Below are positions 12,392 through 24,619 of a stretch of 64,000 nucleotides of DNA, one piece after another (the stretch's first letter is position 1; each line of letters opens with the position of its first letter). Position numbers and translations under genes: made by a program. This DNA is from Malacoraja senta. Its lineage: Eukaryota. The stretch lies in the NCBI GenBank assembly GCA_038087875.1, contig CM075980.1:57598001-57662000 (forward strand), read 5' to 3'. The notes beneath the pieces are model-generated. The model saw only the letters and a program-made list of their open reading frames with translations. It was not told where the DNA came from and did no database searches.

Positions 12392-12502
12392 TCCTTAATT
12401 ACCAGATCGCTGTACCTCTATACTAATCTAAACGTTCAGCAGCCTTGGAAAGTTGGTGGAAGGAATAGGCAATTTCTGATATCCATTCAACACAGCACTT
12501 AC

Positions 12503-12654
12503 CCTTTCAAAATAGAACAAGTATTTCTTCAAGGCTTCCCTGGCCTGTGCCTGCTGACTCTGGTTCACAATGTCAGGATTCTCTTTGTACCGACTGCATT
12601 CATAATACTCGCTGCCATGGGTCTTCCAGTCTCCCAGGCACATCCAACAGAAAT
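12503..12654 (-). CDS. ARIH2: ARIH2 coding exon 10 ([11 protein letters not shown]...YLFYFER)
   Basis: 152 nt, ttttag| and |gtaagt; inside ORF-track 12428..12670. Confidence 0.98.
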
Positions 12655-14018
12655 CTAAAATATAAAACACAGTGGTGGTGCTCGAGAGAGGAAAAAGCAG
12701 CAGGGTTCAGAGGGAAAAACTAGGGAATGAGACTGGTAGGATTTTTCTTGTCGAGATTTCATGATTCTACGATATAAAAAGCCAGGCCTTGTCAAATTAC
12801 AATAGTACGTTACCACAGTGTTGCAGGTCAGCGTGGACTCGGTGGGCCTAAGGGCCTGCTGGGGTCAAGGAAAGAGCGTTCACGTCGCAGCCCTGTGTCC
12901 ACCACCATGCACAAGGAGCGCAAGACAAACACCATTGTACAGATGCCGAGAAGCGTGTTCAGCTTTAGCTGAACAACTTCTAATCTTGTATGTGGACTCG
13001 ATAAGAAGGGCCTGTTTCTGTGTTGTCTCTCTAAACTGAAACTTTCCCCTCTCACCTTAAATCTGACTAGTGCATGGAACAGGTCTCCTGAGCTACATGG
13101 CCTCTTCCTGCCTCCATTTCATATGTACCATCGGTGGTAACAGGATGTATTACAACACACACAAATTGGCGGATTTCATGAACAGTTTAAAGCAACGCGC
13201 GACTTTAAGGGGAGAATTAAGCAAGTAAGCCTTGGATATTTATGTAAAGCATAACCCCCATCATTTGAAGTGTAACCTGGTCTCAACTTCCAGTCTACAG
13301 AAATCAACATACATGAGCTGTACATGAAATGTTACATAAGCATGTAACATACATTAATTTGAAATGTTTATATCTGTTTTGGATACATATTATCTCATAT
13401 TAATATTTGGATGCATATTAGCATAAGTTGTCAGGACAAGCTCATAACACATGACAGCTAGGGAATATAAACTTTTAAATTGGAATTTGAAAGCTTGCTG
13501 TAGTTTCATAGTCGTCATACCAATGAATGGTCATAAAATACCAACAGGTTCACCTATTTCCTCCAGGGAAGGAATCTGATCATCTGTTCATCTTCTGACT
13601 GACAGACATGGAAATCTAAACTCAAAACCATCAAGATGGTTGTCTCATCTTAAAGGCCATTAAGGGTGTCCAAAGAGAATCAGCTGTGGCAGCTGCACGC
13701 ACATTCCTGAATGAGTAAATAATGAACAAATACTCGATACAATGTCAAATATGTCATTCTATAGTTTGTCATAACCACAAACTATTTTGCATCAACCGAA
13801 TTAAGGATTTATTCCAAAATCAGTAACTCTAATACTTTGCTGAAGTATTGGTCCACAGAATTCACAATTTGGAAGTCACAAATACAGATATCTCAAGGTT
13901 CTGTTTCTCTGAGGTACACAGTAATTGTATTTACAGGACCTATGCTTCTTATCCATGCAAATTTTTCCATATATACACAACATACAATTTTATATTATTT
14001 GCCTTTATTGTGACTCAC

Positions 14019-14040
14019 CGTGCTTGCATTTTGAACATTG
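14019..14040 (-). CDS. ARIH2: ARIH2 coding exon 9 (22-nt microexon QCSKCKH)
   Basis: tttcag| and |gtgagt; needed to keep frame between exons 8 and 10; preceded by a 97-nt intron. Confidence 0.95.
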
Positions 14041-14137
14041 CTGAAACAAAAAGAAAGAGATGAACAGTAATAAAACAGAACATTTAGCACATTGGAATAT
14101 ACATAAAGCACACTGAAATGATGCACCGTTCTCTTAC

Positions 14138-14188
14138 CATATGATTACACCCTCCATTTTTCTCAATGCAAATACTGCACTTAGGACA
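14138..14188 (-). CDS. ARIH2: ARIH2 coding exon 8 (RING2/Rcat [17 protein letters not shown], includes the catalytic Cys)
   Basis: 51 nt, ttacag| and |gtaaga. Confidence 0.97.
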
Positions 14189-15288
14189 CTGTAAAAAGTT
14201 AAACAAAAGCAATAAGAACCATGTCGGAAAAAAATAGATCAATGTATTAAACAACTTTACCAAAGCAGGATTCAGTTTAGTTTATTATTGTATCAAGATA
14301 ATAACAGTGAAAAGCTTTTGTTTGAGCACGATCCATTCAAAGACTGTACCTGAATACAATCAAGCCATCCACAACGCACAGATAAAGGATAAAGGGTACA
14401 GCATTTAGAGCAAAATATAACATTGAGGTCTGATAAAGTCTGATTAAAGATAGTTGAAAGGTCTCCAATGACATAGGTGGGAAGTCAGGACCGTCCACCA
14501 TCTGACAAGAGAACCATTCAGTTGCCACGTTACAGCTGGGAAGCAATACAAAAATGGAATACTTAATAATTCAATATTCCATCTTTTAAAAATGATGCTT
14601 GAAACCTGACTTCAGAATGCCAATATTAGAGAAGGGGTTACATATCTCAACAATATGACTGATCTAATTAACAAGGGGTATTATACAATAAACTAATAAT
14701 TCAGCTCAGGATTTTGGATTTTCAGGACTACTGGATGTTATTTCTGTTAATATCCCACGTTTTTTAAAAAAGAGGTTACACAATACTGTAATATTTTTTC
14801 CAGCGAACCCAATAAGTTTCAGTGAAGCTTGGAAACCATGGTCAGTGAAATGTGGGAGACATCATCTGGGACTTGGGTTTCTAATTATTGGACATAAATT
14901 AAAAACAGCTATTTCAGCTTACTTCAGATGTACTGGTTATAAGAAATATTTGGTTTTAAAAAGTACCTTTCATGTCTTTCCTAGAATTCCAAAGCATTTC
15001 AGAGGCAATGAACCATTTCTGAATTAAAGTCACTGCGATGACAGCAGCTTATTGAGACTCCTGTGGCTGTTCCCATCTTAAAACAAGTGTACAATCTTGG
15101 TTACTGTCGGAGGCAAGGCCTCTCAGCAAAAAAATGCCAGCAACACCAGATGGATGGCATCCCTAATTGCTGTTGTAGAGTAAGGTATGTCAAAGCCGGA
15201 AGGAAAGTCCCGTCCTAAAACGTCCTTTTTCCTCCAGAGATGCTGCCTGTCCTGCTGAGTTACTCCAGCACTGCGAGTCCCTCTAAGG

Positions 15289-15874
15289 CAGGGGTCAGCA
15301 ACCTTGTTCTGCATAGGGGCCGGGTGGCATGTCTGTGAGCGGGTGGCGGGCCACATCTATCACGTGTTCACATAGATCCCGCCCCCATCCAGCCCCGGAT
15401 GGCAGGCATCAAATCATGTGTTCACATAGACCCCGCCCCTTCAAGGACACCACCTGAAGCACTGGCCCCTAGTTACGGGCGCTCACGAACATGGCTTACC
15501 TACGGTCCATTGCCTTGGCTCTGTCCTGAAGGCGGTGGCTCAAATACTCACACGTCCCCGGCCTATTGACAACCCCGATCCCGACAGTGAAGCCCAGACA
15601 CAGATGGTGCGCGGCCATGCCGGCGGCTTTGCGCAGGATGCGGTACAGCCAGAGCTCAGCGCTCGGCCGTTTGGCGACTCCACAATCGTGGCCGCCAGCG
15701 CAGGCCTCCTTGCGTCCTTCCGTCACCGCGCCTGGGCGCCTCGGGCCCGGGAGGTACCGGAGATGAAGGAGGTCTGCGGGCCGGATGACTACGAAAAAAA
15801 AATACGTCTGCGGACCAGATGATTTCGGGTTACGGGCCGCATTCGGCCCGGGGGCCGTAGGTTGCCGACCCCTG
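15289..15874. mobile_element. hAT-Charlie-type non-autonomous element
   Basis: TIR CAGGGGTCRGCAACCT; degenerate 8-bp TSD ctctaagg/ctctgggg. Confidence 0.85.
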
Positions 15875-15879
15875 CTCTG

Positions 15880-16740
15880 GGGTATATCAAAGGTTAGGCG
15901 AGCAAGTGTGATAGCGGACTCTTTAGTCATCGGTATTTCTGTGTCCACAAGCGAGACTCCTGGACGGTGTGTTGCCTTCTTAACACGAGGCTCAGAGCAG
16001 GTATAGGACATTCCAGGAGAAGAGGGTGAACAGACCGAGATTATGGTCCATATTAGTACCAATGGCACAGGCAGGAAGAGATGACGTCTTGTAAAGAGAG
16101 TTTAGGGAGTTCGGTAGAAAGTTAAAGAACAGGAACTCTTGTGTTGTAGTCTCAGATTTACTCCCTGCACCATGAATCTAGCAAAAAAAAAGGAAAAGAG
16201 CACAGTTGAATGTGTGGCAGTGCAGAGAGGGCAGGTTTCAGATACATGGATCATTGGGCTCTCTTCCAGAGCAAGTGGTAACTGCACAAGGAAGAGAGTT
16301 GCACCTAAACTGGAGGGACAGCGATATCCTCAGGAGTAGAAAGAAGGAACTGGAGTTACTGGTTTACAAAGGAAGGACACAAAGTGCTGGAGTAACTCAG
16401 CGGGTCATGCAGCATCTCTGGAGAATATAACAGGTGACGTTTCGAGCCCCGAACCAAAATATAATCTATCCATGTTCTGCAGGGATGCTGCCTGACCCGA
16501 TGAGTTACTCCAGCATTTTGTGTCTATCTTCACAGGGAGCTTTACTAATATTATTTGGGTGTGTTTAAACTAGTGGGGCGGTAGGTCAGCAAGTGGAGGG
16601 ATTGAGAAAACAGGGGCTAAGGCAATTAACTCTGAAAGGACAAACATGGTGGGAGTGATGGGCTAAAGTGTAGTTATTTCAAATGCAAGGAGTAATACAT
16701 GTCAGACAGATGATCATAGAGCATGGATTAATACATGGAA
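15880..16740 (+). mobile_element. Degraded CR1 5' region (ORF1 esterase-like remnant and start of ORF2)
   Basis: VIADSLV and VHISTN SGNH-like remnants; YFNARS at the ORF2 start; interrupted by the 16340 element. Confidence 0.6.
16340..16531. mobile_element. Palindromic pLTR-derived element inside a CR1 5' fragment
   Basis: Inverted arms gacacaaa..tgctggagtaactc / gagttactccagca..tgtgtc. Confidence 0.75.
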
Positions 16741-17153
16741 CTACATAGCAGTAGTTACGCTACTGATGAGGGAAAATTCTATTGGATTCACGAGATACGA
16801 TTCCCATGCACAAAGACACGTTGACTTTCCAGAATGCAGATCCCGTCTCTCAGAAACCCTTCCAGTAACTTTCTCATCAGTGAAGTTGGTTCACCAGCCT
16901 GTTGCTCCCTGTGTCCTTGCAGCCATTCTTGATTAAGTCACAACATTAGCCACCATCCAGTGTTCCAGTAGTTCATCAGTACTTAACAATGATACAAATA
17001 TCTCTGCCAAGAGCCCAGTTATATAGGTGCTGCTCAAGCCACAGATCCTCCAGCAGTTTCTTTTTTGGTCAAGGGAACAGCTACACCCAAAATTCAGTGA
17101 ATAAAAACATCTCTGATACACTAGACCATTACACAGAGTTGCTATCTCCTTAC

Positions 17154-17271
17154 ATCTTTTGTATGTGCACTGATGTAATTTGCAGTTTCCGAATCATCAG
17201 CACATTTGGTGAGCCACTTTTTAATCGTTGGACAGTCAGTGGGAGCATGGTACATCTGGCGACACTTGAAG
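17154..17271 (-). CDS. ARIH2: ARIH2 coding exon 7 ([13 protein letters not shown]...ISAHTKD)
   Basis: 118 nt, ttgcag| and |gtaagg. Confidence 0.97.
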
Positions 17272-18207
17272 CTGCAAGAAAACAAAATCTGGTTAGAACT
17301 CAAATAATGTTGCCGCTTCCAGATTTAATCAGGTAACAACTTGTATTAAAGTGAAGCATTTCTAATATGTCCTAGAAAGAACAGTACAAAGCAAGACAGG
17401 CCCTTCGACCCACAATGTCTATGTTGAACACCGTTATCTGTAGCAATGTTACAAAATTTTGAGATTTAAAAAATAAAGTCTGCAATTTATCCCATCAGAT
17501 AAAGCATAAAAAGAAGTTTAATTTGACACTTAATTCACTTTCATATCTTCAGTATTAAAAAAGTTATGGCCATTATCATACTCAGAAATTAGCATCTAGT
17601 TCCCTATTGCTTTTCCATTGACAACACAAAAGCTGTGATCGAGGACAGTTAAAAGCCCATAACTTTCTTAAAAATTATGATAAGTGAAAGAAATTTTCAG
17701 TTATTATAGATTGAAGCATTCTGAAACAAATATGAAACAATCTTACTTCGAAGACATGAAAGTAAAGCATATAATTAGTTAGTTACCTAATTGTAGCTAA
17801 TTACAAAATTCAATTACTAGATCTAAACATCTATCAATTTCTTTTTTTTTGAAAATATTTTTTATTGGAGATAAGTACACAACCTATTAACATCATTACA
17901 GTCTTACATTTTTAAATTGATAATATTATCAATTATTATTACATTGTCTCCAATACCTTTTGCCTTTTTTTTTTTTTAAACTAGATGGAACTAAAAAGAT
18001 AGATGAAGTAAAGAAAGAAGAGAGAGAAGAAAAAGAGAAAAAAAAAGAGAGAAAAAAACAAAAAACAAAAAACAAAAAAAACAAAACAAAACAAAAGAGA
18101 AATATAGTTAAAGAAGAATGGAAAAATTTATTAAAATAAAAAACTTAATTCGAGATATATTCGTACATTTCAGAGTATAGCATTTCATCCATTCTTTAGC
18201 CCGAGTA

Positions 18208-21200
18208 TTAGTCAGGTTCCTGAGCTGAACCATTCTGACCCTTTAAATAATCAATAAAGGGAGACCATGTTCCAACGAATAATTCCTGTTTGTCCAACAG
18301 GGAAAATCTGATTCTTTCCACGTTTAAGGTCTCCGTCATTTCTATAATCCACATTTTGATTGTGGGGGACGTAGGGCCTTTCCAAAATTTTAGAATTAAT
18401 TTTTTTCCTGTTATTATACTATAATCAATAAAGTTTCTTTGTGTTGTTGTAAATGTTTGATTTAATTCTGATGTTCCGAGTATTATTAATTTTGGATCCG
18501 GGTCCAATTGTGTGCTGGTCACTTTAGATATTATACTAAAAATATTTACCCAGAATTTTTTAATTTTTATACAGTTTGCAAACATATGAGATAAGGTAGC
18601 TTCTAAATGTTGACATTTATCACATAAAGGTGAGATATGTTGAAAGATTTTATGTAATTTTGTTTTTGAATAATGTAACCTATGTATTACTTTAAATTGT
18701 ATTAAAGAATGTCTGGCATTTAATGAACATTGATGTATGTGTTGTAAACTTTCTTCCCAAGTATCTTTCGTTATTATTTGATTTAATTCTTTTTCCCATG
18801 TTTGTCTGTGTAAGTCCGTCGATGGAATGTCACTGTCTAATAAGATATTATATATATAAGATATTAATTTTTCTGTATTAGGATGTTTATTCCAACATTC
18901 GTCAAGAATTTCTGAATTTCTAATTCGAAAATTTTGAGTATTCGATTTTACATAATCTCTGAGTTGAAGATATCTGAAATAATCATTTCCTCGGAGTCCA
19001 TAAGTATGTTGCAACTCCTGAAATGTCAGAAAAGTGCCTTCCTTGTAAAGTTGTCCCATATTTTTAATTCCATAATTCTTCCATTGTGTAAAACCCCTGT
19101 CCAACCATGAGGGCTTAAACAAAGGGTTATTCACAATTGGGAGAAAAAGTGATAAATTATCTAATTTTAATGTCTTTTTTAATTGTTTCCAAATTCGTAT
19201 GGCTAAATATTATAGGGTTTTCCCTATAATTTTTTTTGTTTAATTTAGATGTAGCAAATAATATCGAACCAATATCAAAAGGCAAACAATCTTCCTTTTC
19301 CATTTTTAACCAATCTGGTTGTTGATCTATTTCTTCCAACCAGAAATTCATATTTTTAATATTAACTGCCCAAAAATAAAACAGAAAGTTGGGTAAAACC
19401 AAGCCTCCATTTATTTTTATTTATCCTATGATTCTTATAATCCCAGATAAAATCATTAACAATGGAGTCCAATTTAAAAAAAAAGTTTTTTGACAAATAT
19501 ATCGGAATTGTCTGAAAAAGGTATAATATTTGCAGTAAAAAAATATTTTTTATGGCATTAATTTTGCCAACCATTGAGATAGGAAGTGTTTTCCAGTATT
19601 GAATATTCTTATGTAGTCTGTTCAGTAATGGGGGAAAATTTGCTTTAAATAATGATGTATATATCTTAGTTACATAAATACCTAGGTATTTAAATTTTTC
19701 ATTTACTATTTTAAATGGAAATTGTTGTATTATCTGTTTGTTATGTTCCCTTATTGGCATAATTTCACTTTTATTCCAATTTATTCTGTATCCTGAGAGT
19801 GAACCAAATTGGGTTATTAGCTCTAATAAGTTTGGAATACTAATTTCTGGTTTTGTAATGTAAATTAGTACATCATCTGCGTATAGAGAGATTTTATTCA
19901 CTGTGTCCTTTGTGATATACCCATATATTTCTGGATGACCCCTAACTCTTTCTGCGAGTGGCTCAATAGCAAGCGCAAATAATAATGGAGATAACGGGCA
20001 TCCTTGTCTACAACCTCTAGATAGGCTGAATTTAGATGACAACCTTTGGTTTGTTAATATTCTAGCCGTAGGATTTGTATATAACAGTTTTATCCATGTG
20101 CAGAATTTCTCCCCTAGCTGCATATTTTCCATCACCGAAAATAAATAAGACCATTCAACCTGATCAAATGCTTTTTCAGCGTCAAGTGAGATTATTGCTA
20201 GATCTTCATTAATAATTCTCTTAGAATAAATAATATTAAATAATCTTCTTAGATTATAATATGAGTACCGTTTCTGAATAAAGCCTGTTTGGTCAGGGTG
20301 TATTAATTTATTCATCACTGTACTTAATCTATGCGCTAGTATTTTAGTTAATATTTTCTGATCTGTATTTAAAAGTGCAATTGCTCTATATGATCCCGGA
20401 TCTTCCGGATCTTTATCAGCTTTAGGAATAAGTGTTATTATAGATTCATTTAAAGTATCTGGAAGTTTCTGTTGAGTATAGATATGCTCATACAGCCTTT
20501 GTAAACGTGGGCAGAGCAAGTCATAATTTTTTTTATAAAATTCAGAGCCTAAACCATCTGGTCCTACTGCTTTACCATTTTTTAAAGAGCCAATAGACTC
20601 CTCAATATCCTTTATTGTAATCTCCCTTTCTAATAATTCTCTATCGTTTGAATCTAAACCTTTTAAATTACATTTTAGTAAAAAATCTGCTATTCCTTCT
20701 GATTGTGCTACAGTTTTAGTTGAATAAAGGTTATGATAGTATTGGAGAAATCTTTCATTTATGTCCTTGGGCATTTTTAATAATTCTCCTGTCTCTGTTC
20801 TAATTTTATGAATTATTTTTTCCCCTTCCATTTTTCGTAACTGACGTGCTAATAGTTTTTGTGGTTTGTCTCCAAATTCAAAATGTAATTGTTTGGTTTT
20901 TTGATAAAGTTTTATTACTTGTTCTGAATACATTTTATTTAATTTATATTTCAATACAGCAATTTTATTATGTTTTAAAATAGATGGCATTCTCGCATTT
21001 TCTATATCTAGTTGCTTGATTTCCTTTTTCAATGTTTGTTGTTTAATCCTGTTCTCTTTATTATAAAATACTTGAGCAGAAATTAATGCACCTCGAACAA
21101 ACGCTTTAAACGTTTCCCACATAAGAGAAGTAGGTGTGTCGGGGTTGTCATTTACCTCAAAAAATATTTGAATCTGTTCAATAATATATTCCTGGCATGA

Positions 21201-21776
21201 TCTTTCGTTCAAAATTTGTGGGTTAAATCTCCAATATGTTTGTTTCTCGGACATTCCATTTAATTTAATCATGAATGTTACAGGTGCGTGATCTGAGATT
21301 ATAATATTATGATATTTTGAGTTATAAGTAAATGGGATAAACGCGGAGTCAACTAAAAAATAATCTATTCTTGAGTATGTTTTGTGTACTGGTGAGTAAA
21401 ATGAGTATTCCCGTCCAGTTGGATTTTCTATTCTCCAGACATCCGCTATTGTTGATGAATTCGTAAAAGGTATTCCTTTACGAATTAATATTGCAACTCC
21501 TCTGGACTTATGGGAAAAAGAGGAATGATATGATTCAGCGATCCACTTAGCTTTAAGTCTATGTTGAGATTCCTTTTTAAGGTGTGTTTCTTGAAGGAAT
21601 ATTATATCTGTTTTGATTAAATTTAGATGTGCCAAAACTTTACCTCTCTTAATTGGTTCATTGATTCCCTTGACATTCCAACTACAAAATGTTATTCCCT
21701 GACCCCCTCTTGTCATATTAACATCTTGCATATTGTTTCTAAGGTGGTCTATAACCGAGCAGAAGGTGCAACACAT
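18208..21776 (-). pseudogene. L1 ORF2p (APE endonuclease - RT - CCHC), disrupted
   Basis: SWNVKG, LQETH, SRIDY, SDH, LDAEKAFD, RQGCPLSP, YADD and CDKC..H...C motifs spread over three ORFs (frameshifts near 19400 and 19200); the GDFN segment is missing. Confidence 0.93.
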
Positions 21777-22104
21777 AAAACCTGACCCTGCTCCCGAACC
21801 TCAAATAGATGAATTTAAAATCATATACATCGCTCTTCCGAACACATCTCCTTGTATTAGTCTTGTTTTTCCATTCAAACATTAAGTTATAAAAATATTT
21901 AAAGTGAAAAAAGTGATAGAATTGGTTAGTATAGGGTGAAAGAAAAAAAACTACATCTACAATTAGTGTAGTTAGTGATAGCCACACTAACGTGGCTAGA
22001 ATTCTAAAGACTTCCGTAGCCATTGTAAAAAAAAATTCCCAGCTCCGTGCCCGAAAAAAAAAGATTATTTCTAACAATCAAATAACTTCTTTGGGAGTAA
22101 CAAA

Positions 22105-22141
22105 CATATATACATACCCATACATACACACACACATACAT

Positions 22142-22196
<55 letters not shown>

Positions 22197-22212
22197 CATA
22201 TGCATACATACA
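22105..22212. repeat. Compound (TA)n/(CA)n microsatellite in the L1 inter-ORF spacer
   Basis: Direct reading. Confidence 0.95.
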
Positions 22213-22746
22213 TAAGCACGTATCCCTGCAGAAAAGTCCGAGAACAGCATAAATTCACAACGTTATTATTCTCTACATATCATATTAATATCTTCGCTAA
22301 ATCTATAAATTTAATTTTAAATTGAAAAATAAAGAGAAAAACCGTCAAACCTTATTATGACGTAGGCTGAATTACCTCTTGCATATCTTCCTATATAATA
22401 TAAGTATGTAATTCATTTCTACGTTAACCAAAGACTGTTAGTTATTAATCATTGTTATCAATCATACCCAGTATTAAATTTTTATGAGTAATATAAATGT
22501 TAATAATTTTAGTAGTAATATAGATTTAATAAGTATTAGTTGTTACATATATAGTTAGATATGAATATACAGATAATAATAGTGATTAATAAAAATAAAA
22601 AAAATTAAAAAAAACACGGTTTTCTCCAATGTCCACCGTCCATTTCGGTTTTCGAATGTCCTTAAAGCTCTTAAAAGAACTTTAAAGGTCCTTTTAGATC
22701 TGGCGGTCCCGTTAATACTTGACTCCTGAGGAGTAATGTAAATTCT

Positions 22747-23790
22747 TCAGTCTGTGGTCACGTTCCCGATTTCTTTGGCATATTCCAGTGCTTTTTCATG
22801 GTCTGTAAAAAATTGCTCCTTGTTCTTGTAGGTGACTCTTAGTCTTGCGGGGTAAAGCAGGCCGTATCTCAAATCAGGTACATTCTTCAGTATTCTTTTT
22901 GTCTCAGTGAACAGCGCCCTTTTCTTGAAGACCCCTGCCGGATAATCTCGGTAAATACTGAACCTCACACCTTCAAAATACAGCTGTCCGCTTCGGACGA
23001 TTTTCTTCATTATATCGTCAAATTCATGATCCAGTTGCACCTTTACGATAATTTGTCTTGGATGGGCATCATCTTGTGTACGACGTCGCTGCGCTCTATG
23101 AGCTCGACCGAGTGAAGGTTTTTGATCCAATTTTAAGGCTTTTTGTAGTAGGTCTGCCACAAAATCCCGAGAGCCCATTTCCCCCTCACTTCCTTCTTTC
23201 ACCCCTACAATTCTTAGATTCTTACGTCTTTGACGCCCCTCCAAATCGGTACATTTATCACTTAATTTGATCACCATACCGGAGAGGCGTTGGTTTTCAG
23301 TAAGGAGTCGACTTACAGTTTCCTCACTTGCCGCCGCCCATTTCTCAAGTTCGGTTATCGCTGTTCTATGTTGATCGAGTTCTTGATGAATGGGGGCCAC
23401 CTCCATTTTAACGTTCGCTTCCACCGAAACGAGCCTGGCTTCCAGCACTTCCATCTGTTCCTTGACCTCTACCTCCCTCAACCTCTTCCAGACTTCCAGT
23501 ATTTCTTGAACGGTAGAAAGCATTTCTGCTTTAAAATCTACCTTAAAAAAGTTAAGTTTCTCTTTAAAATTCTCTCCAAAGGTTTTCAACTCAGCAGCGA
23601 GAAAAGTTTTAAGATCATCCATTTCAGACTTTTTCTGCTTTGATTTCTTCGGAGGGTCTTCCTGGGCCGTCATTGTAACTGAGGCCGAGGCCTCAGTTAG
23701 GCCTTCCTCTTCCATCGGTGGTTTCCCTTTAACGTTTTTTTTTGTGTCCCACGGGGGGGGTACGTTGTAACGACATACCGTCAAAGTCAC
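22747..23790 (-). CDS. L1 ORF1p (coiled coil, RRM, CTD)
   Basis: DLEGRQRRKNLRIVGVKEG, RAHR, YGLLYPARLRV motifs; first in-frame ATG at 23715; an out-of-frame ATG at 23776 may be the original start, displaced by a homopolymer slip. Confidence 0.9.
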   Translation of the reverse strand: MTLTVCRYNVPPPWDTKKNVKGKPPMEEEGLTEASASVTMTAQEDPPKKSKQKKSEMDDLKTFLAAELKTFGENFKEKLNFFKVDFKAEMLSTVQEILEVWKRLREVEVKEQMEVLEARLVSVEANVKMEVAPIHQELDQHRTAITELEKWAAASEETVSRLLTENQRLSGMVIKLSDKCTDLEGRQRRKNLRIVGVKEGSEGEMGSRDFVADLLQKALKLDQKPSLGRAHRAQRRRTQDDAHPRQIIVKVQLDHEFDDIMKKIVRSGQLYFEGVRFSIYRDYPAGVFKKRALFTETKRILKNVPDLRYGLLYPARLRVTYKNKEQFFTDHEKALEYAKEIGNVTTD

Positions 23791-24619
23791 GCGCCTGATG
23801 ACGTCAACCGTTCAGGCAACCGTTCAGATCGCGATCGCTGCAGGTAAGACCCGATTTTCTCCCGTTTTCAATTTCTTCGGCACGGAGCTAGTTGGCACTG
23901 GACTCAAGCCTCCATAGCGCCACCGGAAGCTAATTACAAAATTCAATTACTAGATCTAAACATCTATCAATTTCTTAAGAATAGATTAACATTTTTAAAT
24001 AGCCTAAGTGTCCAAATAACATTCACACAATAATTCACAATATAACATAATTTTTAAATCTAATTTTCATGAATTTACAGGCCAAATGGAAGGAATTGAA
24101 TGTTTAATACCTGTAAATTAATGGGGATTTAATTCATCTTGCGAGTGAGGATTTCTGGAACGCGATCTTTTGGAACGTTCATTTGCGGTGAATTTAACCC
24201 CGTATTGGCATGAAAAATACTGCCGTTAATTCGGGGAATAAAATCACCGTGTCGCATGTAAAAATGTGAATTAAAGGCCTCTTAAGGAGAACGTTTATAC
24301 ATTAAAATAAAGCACTTTCGTTTACCTTTCCCTTGTTTGAAATCCATCCCCGTTGTTGGCGTTGACACTTCAGAAGATGATTTTAAAATGATTCCAACGC
24401 TGAACTTGTTGGGAGATTTTTAAAACAAACTACGCAAAACGGCACTCGGAACGTTTCTTCCAGAGAAGCTGGTACTCCAACAAAGTATAATTCAGGACAA
24501 GGGAGGAGAAACCCGCTCTTTAACCCCGCCCCTCCTTAAAGGCGCCAAAATCGCGCACACGGCCAGTGACAGAATTACAGCGCCGCTGAAGGCAAGTATT
24601 GTAACATACCTATTATCTG

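Larger units (their letters stand above)
17844..23927 (-). mobile_element. Full-length L1 LINE (~6.1 kb)
   Basis: CpG-rich 5' UTR, ORF1, ~1 kb AT-rich spacer, ORF2, AATAAA plus A-tail near 17844-17866; TSD 17795-17843/23928-23976. Confidence 0.95.
17441..24612. mobile_element. Non-autonomous TIR DNA transposon (~1.04 kb without the L1), TAG...CTA ends, 7-bp TSD; possibly hAT-related
   Basis: Ends TAGCAATGTTACAAAA / TAGGTATGTTACAATA (rc); ttatctg at 17434-17440 and 24613-24619; it interrupts a CR1 3' end. Confidence 0.75.

Noticed and set aside
15496-16068. 190-aa minus-strand ORF as a gene
   Set aside because: Crosses the boundary between a hAT MITE and an antisense CR1 remnant; chimeric by chance.
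16761-16882. C/D snoRNA or hammerhead (CTGATGA with an inverted partner)
   Set aside because: The interior reads as a decayed CR1 RT fragment; no D box or GAAA/stem geometry.
21992-22258. ORFs with (YI)n runs
   Set aside because: Translation of a (TA)n microsatellite.
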